Of a DNA stretch of 64,000 nt, positions 1 to 10,731 are shown in pieces (positions within the stretch are counted from its first letter, which is position 1; each line of letters starts with the position of its first letter). Both the position numbers and the translations under genes were made by a program. Source of the DNA: a virus. The notes beneath the pieces were generated by a model that had not been told where the DNA came from, made no database searches, and was given only the letters and a program-made list of their open reading frames with translations. The stretch is taken from the IMG/VR virus record IMGVR_UViG_3300020731_000774, positions 1-64,000 of that record. One strand, written 5' to 3'.

Positions 1-106
1 AGATCGTTGGAAAGTGGGCTAACACAATGTTAAATGGGAGATAACTAAATTAATCCGGTGGGTAAGTAGAATTACCAGTTGTGTTAAAAAAATAAAAAGG
101 TGCTTT

Positions 107-823
107 TTAATTTTTAGCTATCTTTTTTGAATTTTTGAAAGAATAACTTAACCCAAGTGTTAAATTGTGAATCATCGGAACTGCACTTGTACTTGAAAAA
201 TTAACAACATCTTGTATTGTTAAATTCAAATACTTATAAAATTTAAATGTTATTTTAGTTGTACCATTTATTATAATATTTGAATTTAACATACTAGGTT
301 GATAGTAGTATTCAGTGCTAAAGTTAAGTGTATTAAACTCATATAAAATTTTAGCTCTAACTGAATGTCTTAAATTGTATTGTTGTGGAATTTTGAAATA
401 GTGTGTGTTCTGATATATAACACCATATGATAATGAAATTTTAAATTGTTTAACTTCTTTATAAATACCAAGACCAAACCCTATTAAATTATCACTATTT
501 ATTTTACGTAAAAATGAATAATTGTATTGATAACCAATATATGAAAAATATTTAGAACCATTAAATCCAATGTTTGTTTTTTGGGTTAATTCATTTTGAG
601 TAATATATGGATTATGTCCTAATGAGTATGTAGTATTTGATGTTAATCCTATTTTATTAATATTAATAGAATTATTACCAACATATGTCAATGTAGTAGT
701 GGTTGTAGTATTTCTAGCATAAGCTCCTGTTAATGAATTATCATAAGATGATTTATAAGTCAAACTATCTTGTGATTTACATATAAATGGTAATATAAAT
801 GTTAATATTAATAATGCTTTCAT
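107..823 (-). CDS. Secreted outer-membrane beta-barrel protein (DUF481-like)
   Basis: Signal peptide MKALLILTFILPFICKS-Q; alternating aromatic beta strands; C-terminal LTLGLSYSF barrel-type motif. Confidence 0.6.
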   Translation of the reverse strand: MKALLILTFILPFICKSQDSLTYKSSYDNSLTGAYARNTTTTTTLTYVGNNSININKIGLTSNTTYSLGHNPYITQNELTQKTNIGFNGSKYFSYIGYQYNYSFLRKINSDNLIGFGLGIYKEVKQFKISLSYGVIYQNTHYFKIPQQYNLRHSVRAKILYEFNTLNFSTEYYYQPSMLNSNIIINGTTKITFKFYKYLNLTIQDVVNFSSTSAVPMIHNLTLGLSYSFKNSKKIAKN

Positions 824-1029
824 CCTAGTACTATTATTTCACCTAAATTATGCGCCATAATCATCCATTTGAAATTGTGATTATCAAGAATTTTAATGGT
901 CTTTTTCCTCATTGTTTCAGAATTACCGGTTATTATTTGCATAGGTACTTTATTAGTTAAAACAAAATCTTCAACTAATATATCAACATCTGTATGTTTT
1001 ATACCATGTAAATCTAATTTATTATTCAT
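820..1029 (-). CDS. Small Smr/MutS2-like domain protein
   Basis: KLDLHG...IITGNS...N.G motifs. Confidence 0.7.
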   Translation of the reverse strand: MNNKLDLHGIKHTDVDILVEDFVLTNKVPMQIITGNSETMRKKTIKILDNHNFKWMIMAHNLGEIIVLG

Positions 1030-1081
1030 ATTATATATATTAAAAAAATAGATAGAGAATTACAAATATAATATATAATTA

Positions 1082-1432
1082 ATGATTATTTCTATTTTTT
1101 ATGTAGTTTTTTTCCTTTTTATTTGGTTTGATACCAATGCTTTTATTGATTATTCTAGATTATTTAAATTAAATAAGATATTTTTGATTGATATGTGGGA
1201 AGATTATAGGTTGAGGAATCCTAAAATGGATTATTTGAATTATTTATCAATAAAACATAGAAACTTTTTAATTAAATTGATAACTTGTAAACCTTGTTTA
1301 ACTTTTTGGCTTACTATAATTTTTATATTTATATTAAATTTAAAAATTATTTTATTCCCTATTATTTACATGGTATCTTATTTAATATATAATTTATACA
1401 CTTACATATTATGGAAATTACAAAAATATTAA
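1082..1432 (+). CDS. Membrane protein with CxxC (DUF1360-like)
   Basis: Hydrophobic segments and LITCKPCLTFW. Confidence 0.45.
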   Translation: MIISIFYVVFFLFIWFDTNAFIDYSRLFKLNKIFLIDMWEDYRLRNPKMDYLNYLSIKHRNFLIKLITCKPCLTFWLTIIFIFILNLKIILFPIIYMVSYLIYNLYTYILWKLQKY

Positions 1433-1686
1433 AAGTAGAATCTGCTATACATCTACTTAAATTATTAGAGAATAAAAACGAAATACTTGATACTGCTGAT
1501 GAGCAAGTTTACTACATATTGAACTATTACATTGATTGTTCAAATGAATATCTATATGGTTGTAAGTGTGAAGAGGATATTAATTATCAAAAGATGATTA
1601 ATGAATATGAAAATACAATTAGACAAAAAAATGTGTATGATCACTTATTAAAGTCATTTAATTGTGATAGAATTGATTTTAATTGA
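1411..1686 (+). CDS. Hypothetical protein
   Basis: ORF overlapping both neighbours in an operon-like arrangement. Confidence 0.5.
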   Translation: MEITKILKVESAIHLLKLLENKNEILDTADEQVYYILNYYIDCSNEYLYGCKCEEDINYQKMINEYENTIRQKNVYDHLLKSFNCDRIDFN

Positions 1687-1931
1687 TGTGGTTTGTTTAT
1701 TTATTAAGATGTTCTGACAATTCATTGTATTGTGGGATAACTAATGATTTAGAAAAAAGAATAAAAGTCCATAATAGTGGTAAAGGTGCTAAATATACAA
1801 GATGTAGATTACCTGTTGAATTATATTGGTTTGAGGAACAACGTGATAGAAGTTCTGCTAGTAAAAGAGAATATTATATTAAAAAATTATCTAGGATAGA
1901 TAAAGTTAAATTAAAAAACCCACTTGATTAG
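1683..1931 (+). CDS. GIY-YIG nuclease, UPF0213 family
   Basis: WFVYLLRC.D.SLYCGITNDLEKR...HN.GKGAKYTR. Confidence 0.9.
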   Translation: MMWFVYLLRCSDNSLYCGITNDLEKRIKVHNSGKGAKYTRCRLPVELYWFEEQRDRSSASKREYYIKKLSRIDKVKLKNPLD

Positions 1932-1942
1932 TGGGTTTTTTG
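1913..1942. terminator. Bidirectional intrinsic terminator
   Basis: AAAAACCCACT-tgatt-AGTGGGTTTTT between convergent genes. Confidence 0.8.
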
Positions 1943-1957
1943 TATTAAACATTTTAA

Positions 1958-2374
1958 TTATTGAACTTCAAGAACTTCAATATCAAAATTTAATTCCATT
2001 CCAGAAAGTGGGTGGTTTCCGTCAATCACTACGTGATTTTCATAAACTTCTTTAACTCTAACTGAAACTGGTTGTCCGTTTCCAGAATCTGCTTGTAGAA
2101 CTTGTCCAACTTCAACTTCTCCTGGTAAATTTTCTTTAGGAACTTCTACGAATAGATCTTCTCTAATTTGACCATAAGCATCCTCAACAGCGAGTGTTGC
2201 GGTTACTTTATCCCCAACATTTTTACCAATAAGGGCATTTGAGAAACCAGGGATAATATTCTCAGAACCAACTGTAAATGTTAATGGTTCTCTTCCTTCA
2301 GAAGAATCAAAAACTTCACCATCTGTAAGTTTTCCTGTGTAGTGTACCGTTACAGTACTTCCATTTGTAATCAT
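1958..2374 (-). CDS. slyD: SlyD/SlpA-type FKBP peptidyl-prolyl isomerase
   Basis: VTVHYTGKL.DGEVFDSS, EDAYG, IDGNHPLSG.ELNFDIEV. Confidence 0.9.
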   Translation of the reverse strand: MITNGSTVTVHYTGKLTDGEVFDSSEGREPLTFTVGSENIIPGFSNALIGKNVGDKVTATLAVEDAYGQIREDLFVEVPKENLPGEVEVGQVLQADSGNGQPVSVRVKEVYENHVVIDGNHPLSGMELNFDIEVLEVQ

Positions 2375-2418
2375 ATAAATTTTTATTTTTTATTTATATG
2401 TTTTGATTTAGTTAAAGT

Positions 2419-3153
2419 TTAAATATATCTTAATTCTATATCACCTTTGGTATTTTCAATTAAATATGAGCAAGATTCTACCATATCACCCGTATTATAA
2501 TACATTTTACCATTTAAATCATCAATAGCAGGTGTGTGTATATGTCCAATCATTATCCCATCACAATTATTTTCTTCTATTTTCTTCATACTTAGATATT
2601 TAAAATCATTTATAAAAGATATAGCATCTTTTACTTTACTTTTTAAAAATTTAGATAATGACCAATATTCTAATCCGAATAATTTTCTTATTTTATTATA
2701 AATGGTATTTATTTTAAAACTAAATTCGTATGCCCAATCACCTAACATATACAAAAACGGATGTAATCTAACAAATCCATCAAATTGATCACCATGACAT
2801 ATGTAAATTGTTTTATTTTTAATAGTTGTATAATACATATAATCAGATATTTCAATATCACCAAGTGATATATTTCCCTCTTTTATAAGTTCTCTTAGAT
2901 AAAAATCATGATTTCCTAGTATGTAATTAACTTTTATATTTTTTCTAGATAATCTTAATATTTTTTGAATGACTGTTGAGTGATTTTCATTCCAATAGAA
3001 TTTTCTTTTTAGTGATGTTAGATCTATAAAATCACCTACAATAATAAGTTGTTCGAACTCATATTTTTTAAGTACCTCTAACAATTTATCAGCTTGACAT
3101 TTTTTTGTGCCTAAATGCACATCTGATATAAATAATGTTCTAATTTTCTCCAT
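2419..3153 (-). CDS. UDP-2,3-diacylglucosamine hydrolase-like metallophosphoesterase
   Basis: SDVHLG, GDFID, GNHD, HGDQFD, GHIH motifs. Confidence 0.85.
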   Translation of the reverse strand: MEKIRTLFISDVHLGTKKCQADKLLEVLKKYEFEQLIIVGDFIDLTSLKRKFYWNENHSTVIQKILRLSRKNIKVNYILGNHDFYLRELIKEGNISLGDIEISDYMYYTTIKNKTIYICHGDQFDGFVRLHPFLYMLGDWAYEFSFKINTIYNKIRKLFGLEYWSLSKFLKSKVKDAISFINDFKYLSMKKIEENNCDGIMIGHIHTPAIDDLNGKMYYNTGDMVESCSYLIENTKGDIELRYI

Positions 3154-4120
3154 TATATTTTATTATTTTATCTATTATATCATCAATTGGATTTACCCAT
3201 TGATAATTAATTTTTTTATAATCACACAACCATTTTGATATAGAATCTGGGTTTAGATCATCTGTCATAATTCCCATTTTTTTAAGTGCTATTGCATTAC
3301 ATAATTGTTCATATTGTTTTTTTATTGGTATTGACCAAAGTTTTTTATTTAATATGAGTGCTTCACTTGTAGTTGAGAAGCCTGATGCTGTTATAACACC
3401 TGTGCAATTAACTAAATCATTGGTAAAACTATCTTTATTTGTTTTTTTGAATATGATATTATCAATAAAATAATCTTTTTCAATATCTGGTGAATATATT
3501 TTCCAAGATTGATTTTTAAATTGTTTTATTTGCTCATATATTAGTTCAACTGATAGTGATGGTAGATATACCAATATAAAATTATCATCTTTTATTTTTT
3601 TATTTAATAATTCATTATTTATAATAGGTTTAACAATAAAATTATCATAATTATCATAACCTAAACCAATGTTTAATTTACAAGGGGCAAAATTTTTAAG
3701 AAAAATTTCAGCCATCTTGCTTTTACTTCTAGGTCGGTGTATTTTATCTGATAAAAAAGAATATTGGTTTCCAATTCCTACCGATTTTACATTTTGTCTT
3801 TTTGCACTCCAAGCTGATATAGGTTCAAAGTCAGATATAACTATATCATATTCACTCACATCATAATATATATCCATTATAAATTTTTTTAAATTTATTT
3901 TTTTAATAGTATTAAACCAATCTATACCACCATTTTTATTATAGAACATGGATATCCCAATGTGATGTGATTTTATATCAAATGGTATATCTAATTGAGA
4001 GTTATTACCGGATGTGATGATATCAACATTAAACCCCCTTTTCTTTAATGATCTTATAATCTCTACGGATCTAGTTATATGACCATTACCAGTTAGCTGT
4101 ATACCATATAGAATATTCAT
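3140..4120 (-). CDS. GT-B glycosyltransferase, MJ1255/VC2487 family
   Basis: ILYGIQ.TGNGHITR, ISDFEP.SAW, GF.T.SEAL, QYEQ.CNA. Confidence 0.85.
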   Translation of the reverse strand: MNILYGIQLTGNGHITRSVEIIRSLKKRGFNVDIITSGNNSQLDIPFDIKSHHIGISMFYNKNGGIDWFNTIKKINLKKFIMDIYYDVSEYDIVISDFEPISAWSAKRQNVKSVGIGNQYSFLSDKIHRPRSKSKMAEIFLKNFAPCKLNIGLGYDNYDNFIVKPIINNELLNKKIKDDNFILVYLPSLSVELIYEQIKQFKNQSWKIYSPDIEKDYFIDNIIFKKTNKDSFTNDLVNCTGVITASGFSTTSEALILNKKLWSIPIKKQYEQLCNAIALKKMGIMTDDLNPDSISKWLCDYKKINYQWVNPIDDIIDKIIKYNGEN

Positions 4121-4228
4121 AATGTATATATTCTATTCAAAATTTAATATACTTGTAAAATGTTATTATTATGTTTATTTAATTATTAAATAATTGTTAA
4201 ATATTTATATATATCTTATTAAAACTTT

Positions 4229-4567
4229 ATGCTATTTATATATAATAAGAATATGAAAATGATAGAAAAAATATCTATAATAACTGATCAACTTAATGAT
4301 GATCGTTATAACTATCTTATTATACCTATTGCTGTATTAAATATACTTGAAAATGATAATAGATTTATCTATTCAGAATTTAAAGGTGAAATAGTTGGTA
4401 TAAATAAAATAGGTAGTTTTATGTGGTATGAAGTTTATCTTGATATTTTAATGCCACCTAATGAAATTATAGTTTATTGTGATAAATCTATCACACGTGA
4501 TAATAAGATTGATTTTTTATTAGGGGATGATGAGTTATTAAAAGAAAAAAGGATTAATCTAGATTAA
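4229..4567 (+). CDS. Hypothetical protein with RDxKI motif
   Basis: RDNKIDFLL near the C-terminus; true start may be a few codons downstream. Confidence 0.55.
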   Translation: MLFIYNKNMKMIEKISIITDQLNDDRYNYLIIPIAVLNILENDNRFIYSEFKGEIVGINKIGSFMWYEVYLDILMPPNEIIVYCDKSITRDNKIDFLLGDDELLKEKRINLD

Positions 4568-5985
4568 TCCTTTTTAGTTATTTCACCCTTTTCATTTAAC
4601 ATAGTAACATATTCTGAAAATATTACTTTATTATCCATTTTTGGCTCAATTTTATCATAAGAAGGTTTTTCAAACCATTTAATATTCATGTTAAATTTTA
4701 TATTTGATAAATCATTGATTATTTTATTTTTTATCATATCAATAAATTTCAAATCTGAATATTTTTCTTTTTTACACACACCATTTATATTTGATATTGA
4801 TCCGATACCACCATGGCCACCTGAAACTGTTATTTCATCTTGACCAATATTAGTTAATGGATCATCATATCCTAAATGTAATTTAAAATTTGCTAATAGG
4901 TTATTCATATATTTACCTAGGTCATTTATTATGCTACCATCTTTATAACTTGGTAGATTATCTATTTCATTTATCTTCTTATAGGAACATACTTGTAATG
5001 TATCACCATATTGTAATAGAATAAAATTAGGTTCTTCATCTAGTTTACCATCTAAGAAATCCTTTTCAATGATAGCTCTTGCTCTTAATGCATTAGCCCA
5101 AGTATCATTTGGTATAAATACCAAATTACCAATTTTAGTATAACCTTTTATATCAATTAAACCATCTTTTATAAATTTTGACAAAAATTCTTCTTGGCTA
5201 TTTAAAGTTATTCGGTGTGCATCACCCTCCCTAACTTTGGTTTTCATGGTATTAATTCTCCATTCCGAATCACTTATAAAATTTTTTTTATGATTATTTC
5301 TTGGATAAAAATTATGTTCGGGATATACCCTCTTCATAGTATTGAATATACTATATATTGAAACATCTTTGCAATTGGCTATAACAGATATTAATGTTTT
5401 GTGATCGCCCCTTTTTAAATATTGATTAAATGAAGCAGTAAATTCCAATCTCTTTTTTTCGGATTTTTTAATATCTGATAAATTGAAATTTAACAATCTT
5501 TGCCAATCTATATTATATTCTTCATATTTAGCACCATCAACCATATCAATTAGTGATAATACAAGTTCATCTTTTGGTATATTTAAAACTATACATAATG
5601 CTTCATATGCAGATGATGTATTTAATTTTTTAACAGGTAAATTTTTATATCTGTTTAGATCTTCATCATTAAATAATCCGTGATGATCTAGATAATAATC
5701 AATATATTGATCTCTATCATCACCAGGCATATTTGCAAAGTCAAGTACTATATTAATTAAGCTTGGATCTAATGTTGTATATTTCCAACCTTCATTATAA
5801 TTAACAATACCATATTTAACTATTTCAAAACCATTATTTAGTAGCCATTTTTTCATTAAAATTGCACAGAATATACCATCCATATCATCATGTGTATATA
5901 AAGCTACCTTTTTCCCGATTTTATTTTTATTTAACCAATATTCTTCATTGGTTGATAGTGTTCTTAGTGAACCTGATCTATTCAT
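4564..5985 (-). CDS. DHH-family phosphoesterase
   Basis: H.D.DG, LDFA, LDHH, and DHHA1-like SGGHGGIG. Confidence 0.75.
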   Translation of the reverse strand: MNRSGSLRTLSTNEEYWLNKNKIGKKVALYTHDDMDGIFCAILMKKWLLNNGFEIVKYGIVNYNEGWKYTTLDPSLINIVLDFANMPGDDRDQYIDYYLDHHGLFNDEDLNRYKNLPVKKLNTSSAYEALCIVLNIPKDELVLSLIDMVDGAKYEEYNIDWQRLLNFNLSDIKKSEKKRLEFTASFNQYLKRGDHKTLISVIANCKDVSIYSIFNTMKRVYPEHNFYPRNNHKKNFISDSEWRINTMKTKVREGDAHRITLNSQEEFLSKFIKDGLIDIKGYTKIGNLVFIPNDTWANALRARAIIEKDFLDGKLDEEPNFILLQYGDTLQVCSYKKINEIDNLPSYKDGSIINDLGKYMNNLLANFKLHLGYDDPLTNIGQDEITVSGGHGGIGSISNINGVCKKEKYSDLKFIDMIKNKIINDLSNIKFNMNIKWFEKPSYDKIEPKMDNKVIFSEYVTMLNEKGEITKKD

Positions 5986-6038
5986 ATTTTAAATATTTAG
6001 GTACAAATATACAAATTAAAATTAAAATAAAAAATTAT

Positions 6039-6482
6039 TTAATGATTGGGTAAGATATTTCCTGATTTGTCTAAATCATTCATATGTCTTTTGTATATTA
6101 CTTTTATACCATATTCATCAGATGAAAATTCACATTTTTTAACTTCAACTGGATAGTTTTCTAAGTGAATTTCTAATTTAGCTAAATATTCATCCACTAA
6201 TTTTACATTATTAGTTCTAAATCTAATTTCATATCTCCATATTTTTTCAGGAAAATCATCATATTTTTGTAAATCTTCAATTTCTTCTTGGATATTATTA
6301 GAATCTCCAATTTCATAGAAGTTTATTCTACCATCCATGTCATCATCATATCTTTGTGCTACACAATAATGTAATATAATTCCATGATCCTCTATAACAT
6401 ATGCTATTTCTATTATCTCTGATAATAATTTTTTAGTATCAACATCATTGTTGAAATTTTCGTATAATTTTAAATATTTCAT
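6039..6482 (-). CDS. Putative capsid-internal protein
   Basis: N-terminal MKYLKLYENF motif shared with many ORFs in the window. Confidence 0.5.
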   Translation of the reverse strand: MKYLKLYENFNNDVDTKKLLSEIIEIAYVIEDHGIILHYCVAQRYDDDMDGRINFYEIGDSNNIQEEIEDLQKYDDFPEKIWRYEIRFRTNNVKLVDEYLAKLEIHLENYPVEVKKCEFSSDEYGIKVIYKRHMNDLDKSGNILPNH

Positions 6483-7867
6483 TTTCCTAATTTTCCGAAA
6501 CCGGTTATTTTTCCTTTTTTATCTCCTTTACCTTCTTCATCTTCATATTTAGTATCAAAGAAGTTTTCATGATCATTTACTATTTTAACATCAGAATCCA
6601 TTGAAGCATATGGTCCTAATTCACCTGATCGAAATACACCACCTATCATATCACTATTTAAGAAACCTTCCATAAAAAAGCAATTTTTTAAAGTTGAACC
6701 ATCTACTCTACAAGCTAATACTTTTGAATTATCAACATCGGTATGTGTAATAGTTGATTTACTTATTTGTGAATTTATAACATCACAACCTAAAAGGCTA
6801 CAACTTTCAAATATTCCCTCTAAATTACAATTTATTAAATCAAATCTTCTTATTGTAGATGTAGCTTTTAAAGTAGCATCTACAATTTCCAATGTTTGTG
6901 TTTCTGATACATAATTAATAATACATTCACTTAAATCAGAGGTAGAATCTATTAATGAATATAATTTTGGGTATATTTTATCATAGTATGCATTTAATAA
7001 ATCATAATCACTACTTTGATCAATCTGTAATTGTATTGTTGGAAACTCTACTATAAAATTATCATATTTAGAGAAATTTTTGAATAATTTAATATTATTC
7101 TCTAAATATTCTTCTAGTTTATTTATATCTTCTGAATCAAAACCGACATCAATAGAATCATGTACATCTACTATGAAACGATCCATAAAATAAGTTAATT
7201 GTCCTAAATTTTTCTCATAATCTTTACCACCAATATATCTTAATTCCAATCGTTGTGTTTCTTTATCATTATTTATATGCATGAAATTGATACCAAAATA
7301 TTTATCATTTGGTACTCTAATGTTATTCTTAACAATATTAATAGGTATATTAAAGAAGTCATATTCTTTATATGGAATTATCTTTTTTATTGATTTAGCA
7401 TAAACATTATCCTTTCTCGATGGATATGCTCTATATATTTCATTTTCATCGGTGTTTAAAATAAGTTTTAATATATTAAGATCGTTAAGATTTTTCTCCT
7501 CTGAATCAAATGATAAATTAAAATGTATAGAACATTTATCATTTGTATATCCATAATTTTGTATAAATTTAATTATTTTTATTAAATAATATTTAGCATT
7601 ATAATATTCTAATGGACCTGTTACTAATTCAATCATTGAACTACCACCACTTAAATCTGGTTCTATCTTAAAATTATTATTATCAGGTGTAAAATCTGAG
7701 TGATATTTTCTAAATCCCCACACTTTAACTGGTGATAAAATATTATTAAGAGTTTCTAATGTTTTATAAAATGACATATCTTTCATATAGAATTCAAATT
7801 CCATACCTACAATAGCATCTTTTAGCTTATCTCGTTGATTATTAAATTTCTCTGAATACTTTTTCAT
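6479..7867 (-). CDS. Putative amidoligase-family protein with C-terminal beta-helix-like repeats
   Basis: VGMEFEF, EPDLSGG..MIELVTGP, CSIHFN, KYFGIN, LELRY; short Ser/Cys/Ile repeats at the C-terminus. Confidence 0.65.
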   Translation of the reverse strand: MKKYSEKFNNQRDKLKDAIVGMEFEFYMKDMSFYKTLETLNNILSPVKVWGFRKYHSDFTPDNNNFKIEPDLSGGSSMIELVTGPLEYYNAKYYLIKIIKFIQNYGYTNDKCSIHFNLSFDSEEKNLNDLNILKLILNTDENEIYRAYPSRKDNVYAKSIKKIIPYKEYDFFNIPINIVKNNIRVPNDKYFGINFMHINNDKETQRLELRYIGGKDYEKNLGQLTYFMDRFIVDVHDSIDVGFDSEDINKLEEYLENNIKLFKNFSKYDNFIVEFPTIQLQIDQSSDYDLLNAYYDKIYPKLYSLIDSTSDLSECIINYVSETQTLEIVDATLKATSTIRRFDLINCNLEGIFESCSLLGCDVINSQISKSTITHTDVDNSKVLACRVDGSTLKNCFFMEGFLNSDMIGGVFRSGELGPYASMDSDVKIVNDHENFFDTKYEDEEGKGDKKGKITGFGKLGK

Positions 7868-7972
7868 ATCTTATATATTATTTTTCAAACTCCTAAAAGG
7901 GAAAAAGATTTATATTTATATATACTTTCAAATTATGGGTATTTACCCAATTATAAAAAAAGAAAATTATAA

Positions 7973-8365
7973 ATGAACTTTTTCTGTGTATATGTTAAAA
8001 CTAGGAAAAAAATCGATAAATATATAAAAATTAACAAGGTTAAAAATAAATATATAATTGATATAAAGAAAATCATTGAGGAAGAGGAACTTTCACAAGA
8101 TGAGGATAAAACCTATTTGAAAATTTTAATTTTCAATAAAATACAACAAGCTATTGATAAGAAAAAAGATATATATTACATTCCTGATTTTGATGATAAT
8201 TTTTCAATTGAGAAATTACTAAATTTAAAAAAGATATTAGGTGGTCAAAATAATTTTAATGTTTTGGTATTTTATAATGAGTTTAGAAAAAATCCTGAAA
8301 TAATAGATGATGTTTTTGGTAATTTATCTAAATTTAATAATTCACAAATAGTCCGTGATTATTAA
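7973..8365 (+). CDS. Hypothetical protein
   Basis: 130-aa ORF with a TATATA element upstream. Confidence 0.55.
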   Translation: MNFFCVYVKTRKKIDKYIKINKVKNKYIIDIKKIIEEEELSQDEDKTYLKILIFNKIQQAIDKKKDIYYIPDFDDNFSIEKLLNLKKILGGQNNFNVLVFYNEFRKNPEIIDDVFGNLSKFNNSQIVRDY

Positions 8366-8388
8366 ATAAACAAGGAATATCTATTATT

Positions 8389-8397
8389 TAATATATA
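8389..8397 (+). promoter_or_regulatory. Putative late promoter TAATATATA (example of a window-wide motif)
   Basis: Same 9-mer occurs shortly upstream of many structural genes, e.g. 16034-16042(-), 33933, 42419, 45304, 62235-62243(-). Confidence 0.7.
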
Positions 8398-8417
8398 ATA
8401 AAAAAATATGTTTAAAT

Positions 8418-10199
8418 ATGGCAATTCTTGGTGGTTCTCCTTTAGGTTTAATTGGTGTTAGTTCAACAACAGCTGGTGGTAGATCAACATTTAATGATGG
8501 TAATACTAGAGGTGTCAGTGTTGCATTATATAATCAAAATAGTGCAAAAACATATAATGATGCTAATAAAGGTAATAGTTTATTTACAGGTGCTAGAATG
8601 CTTAGATCTTGGCCTAATATAAAATCATATTCTAATGGACTTGCTGGATCTAATGATATTGATGATAATGCTATTAGATTAGATAAAAATAAAGCAAATG
8701 GTTCATATAAACAAAGATCTTTACATAATAATAATGTATATGATACAAGTGTTCTTAATATAATAGAAAACTTATCAGGAACAATTAGTGCTCTAAGAAT
8801 GGCTGATTTTGCTTATTTAAAGAATTTAGGAGTATTTCCAAATAATAGATTGATGATTGCTAGAAGATTTGCTTATCCAATTGGTGATAATTTAATATTA
8901 TCCAATAAAAATGGTTCAAGTGGACCATTAGCTACACTTATTACATGGCAACCTGCTGATACTGATTTCTTAAATATATCGTTTGGTGAAAAATGGATTG
9001 ATGCAAAAGCTGATTTCAAAGATTTATTAAATAGCTTGGGTGGTGATATTAGTAAAAGTGGGACTAAGGGGGCTATTGGTTCGTTATTAGGTAGTGGGTT
9101 GAATGCTATACCATTACCTGGTTTTACTGAAATTTTTCAACGTAAATTATTATCTAAAATGGGCATATTCACAGATGATTCATATTTAACTATCCCATCA
9201 GGCAATCCAAATATTATAAAAGAAGCTAAAAGAAGGGCTACAGTTGGTTATGGTGAAGCAGGATCTGGGCTAAATTGTACAGTAAGTATAGATATGACAT
9301 GTGAGTATGAATTAAAGTTTATATCTGGAATAGACCCAACAATAGTTTGGATGGATATATTAGCTATGATTTTATCATTTGGTACATCAAAAAAGGATAC
9401 ATATGGATTAAATCCTGATTTAGGTAAAAAAGTTGAGAGATGGATGAGTAATCCAGATACATTAGTCAAAGATGCTATAAGTGGGTTGACAAATGAGTTA
9501 GTAGCAATAATTACTGAAATATCAAATACAATAGATGGTGCAGTAAACACAATTAATGGTATTTCTAAGGAAGATATTAAAGCTGGTCTAAAAAGTGAAG
9601 CTATAAAAAGTAACTTTAATGATTTAATTTATGATATATCTAAATTAGGTTCTAGTACTATATTTGGATTGGTTAAAAAGTATAGAGTTGAAATAATGGG
9701 TATTATACAAGCATTATCAGGAATGCCATCAACACCATGGCACATAACAATTGGAAATCCAATGAGACCTATGTTTTGCTCAGGTGATATGTTAACACAG
9801 GATGTTAAAATTACATTAGGACCAGTTCTTGCATTTAATGATTTACCATCATCTATTAAAGTAACATTCACACTAACTAATGCTAGATCATGGGGATTAG
9901 ATGAAATAATGGCCAAATTTAACTCAGGATATATTAGATCAGTTGATACCGCAAAAACAATGTTTGATGTTAAAATATCATCATATACAGTTAAAGATGA
10001 AAATGGAAATGAAAAAACTGAAATATCAACTCAGCAAATAGGTACTTTAGGATATGGTTCAGGTAATAGTGGAACTGCATCAACTACATCTAGTTCTTCA
10101 AATACTACAAAACCAACTGATAATAGTTCAAATAATAAAAACACAAATGTTGCAAATAATGCACAAACTAAGGCTGAAGGTGGTCAGAAAAAAACTTAA
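8418..10199 (+). CDS. Tail/baseplate protein (tail-tube initiator-like)
   Basis: PWHITIGNP..P...V.ITLGP....DLPS.I.VTFTL pattern; lies upstream of a gp53-like gene. Confidence 0.45.
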   Translation: MAILGGSPLGLIGVSSTTAGGRSTFNDGNTRGVSVALYNQNSAKTYNDANKGNSLFTGARMLRSWPNIKSYSNGLAGSNDIDDNAIRLDKNKANGSYKQRSLHNNNVYDTSVLNIIENLSGTISALRMADFAYLKNLGVFPNNRLMIARRFAYPIGDNLILSNKNGSSGPLATLITWQPADTDFLNISFGEKWIDAKADFKDLLNSLGGDISKSGTKGAIGSLLGSGLNAIPLPGFTEIFQRKLLSKMGIFTDDSYLTIPSGNPNIIKEAKRRATVGYGEAGSGLNCTVSIDMTCEYELKFISGIDPTIVWMDILAMILSFGTSKKDTYGLNPDLGKKVERWMSNPDTLVKDAISGLTNELVAIITEISNTIDGAVNTINGISKEDIKAGLKSEAIKSNFNDLIYDISKLGSSTIFGLVKKYRVEIMGIIQALSGMPSTPWHITIGNPMRPMFCSGDMLTQDVKITLGPVLAFNDLPSSIKVTFTLTNARSWGLDEIMAKFNSGYIRSVDTAKTMFDVKISSYTVKDENGNEKTEISTQQIGTLGYGSGNSGTASTTSSSSNTTKPTDNSSNNKNTNVANNAQTKAEGGQKKT

Positions 10200-10205
10200 A
10201 AATAT

Positions 10206-10715
10206 ATGGATTATACAAATTTTGATATACAATCTTTATCTGATACAGTAATAACTATAAATACTGATGGTAGTTTTGATTATAATATAGCAGCACCATC
10301 TTTTATATGGGATACTAGTTATAATTTTGAGTCATATATTGTACCAAAAGAAGAAGAAATGAGAATTGATTTGGTTATTAATTCAATGTATAATGGTGTT
10401 TTTGATTTCAAAGATTTGGATGTTATATTATATTTAAATAATATTGATAATCCTTTAAATATTATTGAGGGAATGGTTTTGATATATCCAATTATAGATG
10501 ATTTTGATCAATTTAGATATACAGAAAATGGTGAACCAGCTTTTAATAAAGATATAACTAAAACATTATCAGTTCCTAATAAAACAACTAGAATTGATCC
10601 TAATAGACAAAACTACATTGATAATGGTTATTCTTTACCACCTGTTGTAAATACTGAAAGTAAATCACCTATTGTTACAGATTCTAGTAATATAATAATT
10701 GGTGGTTTAGGATAA
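10206..10715 (+). CDS. Baseplate wedge gp53-like (LysM-type) protein
   Basis: EMRIDLV...MY...D.ILYLNNIDNPLNI.EG..L.YP. Confidence 0.65.
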   Translation: MDYTNFDIQSLSDTVITINTDGSFDYNIAAPSFIWDTSYNFESYIVPKEEEMRIDLVINSMYNGVFDFKDLDVILYLNNIDNPLNIIEGMVLIYPIIDDFDQFRYTENGEPAFNKDITKTLSVPNKTTRIDPNRQNYIDNGYSLPPVVNTESKSPIVTDSSNIIIGGLG

Positions 10716-10731
10716 ATATTATGTTTTAATT

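Noticed and set aside
1-85. Relatively GC-rich stretch at the window start as a possible tRNA or ncRNA end
   Set aside because: No cloverleaf or recognisable family; truncated by the window edge.
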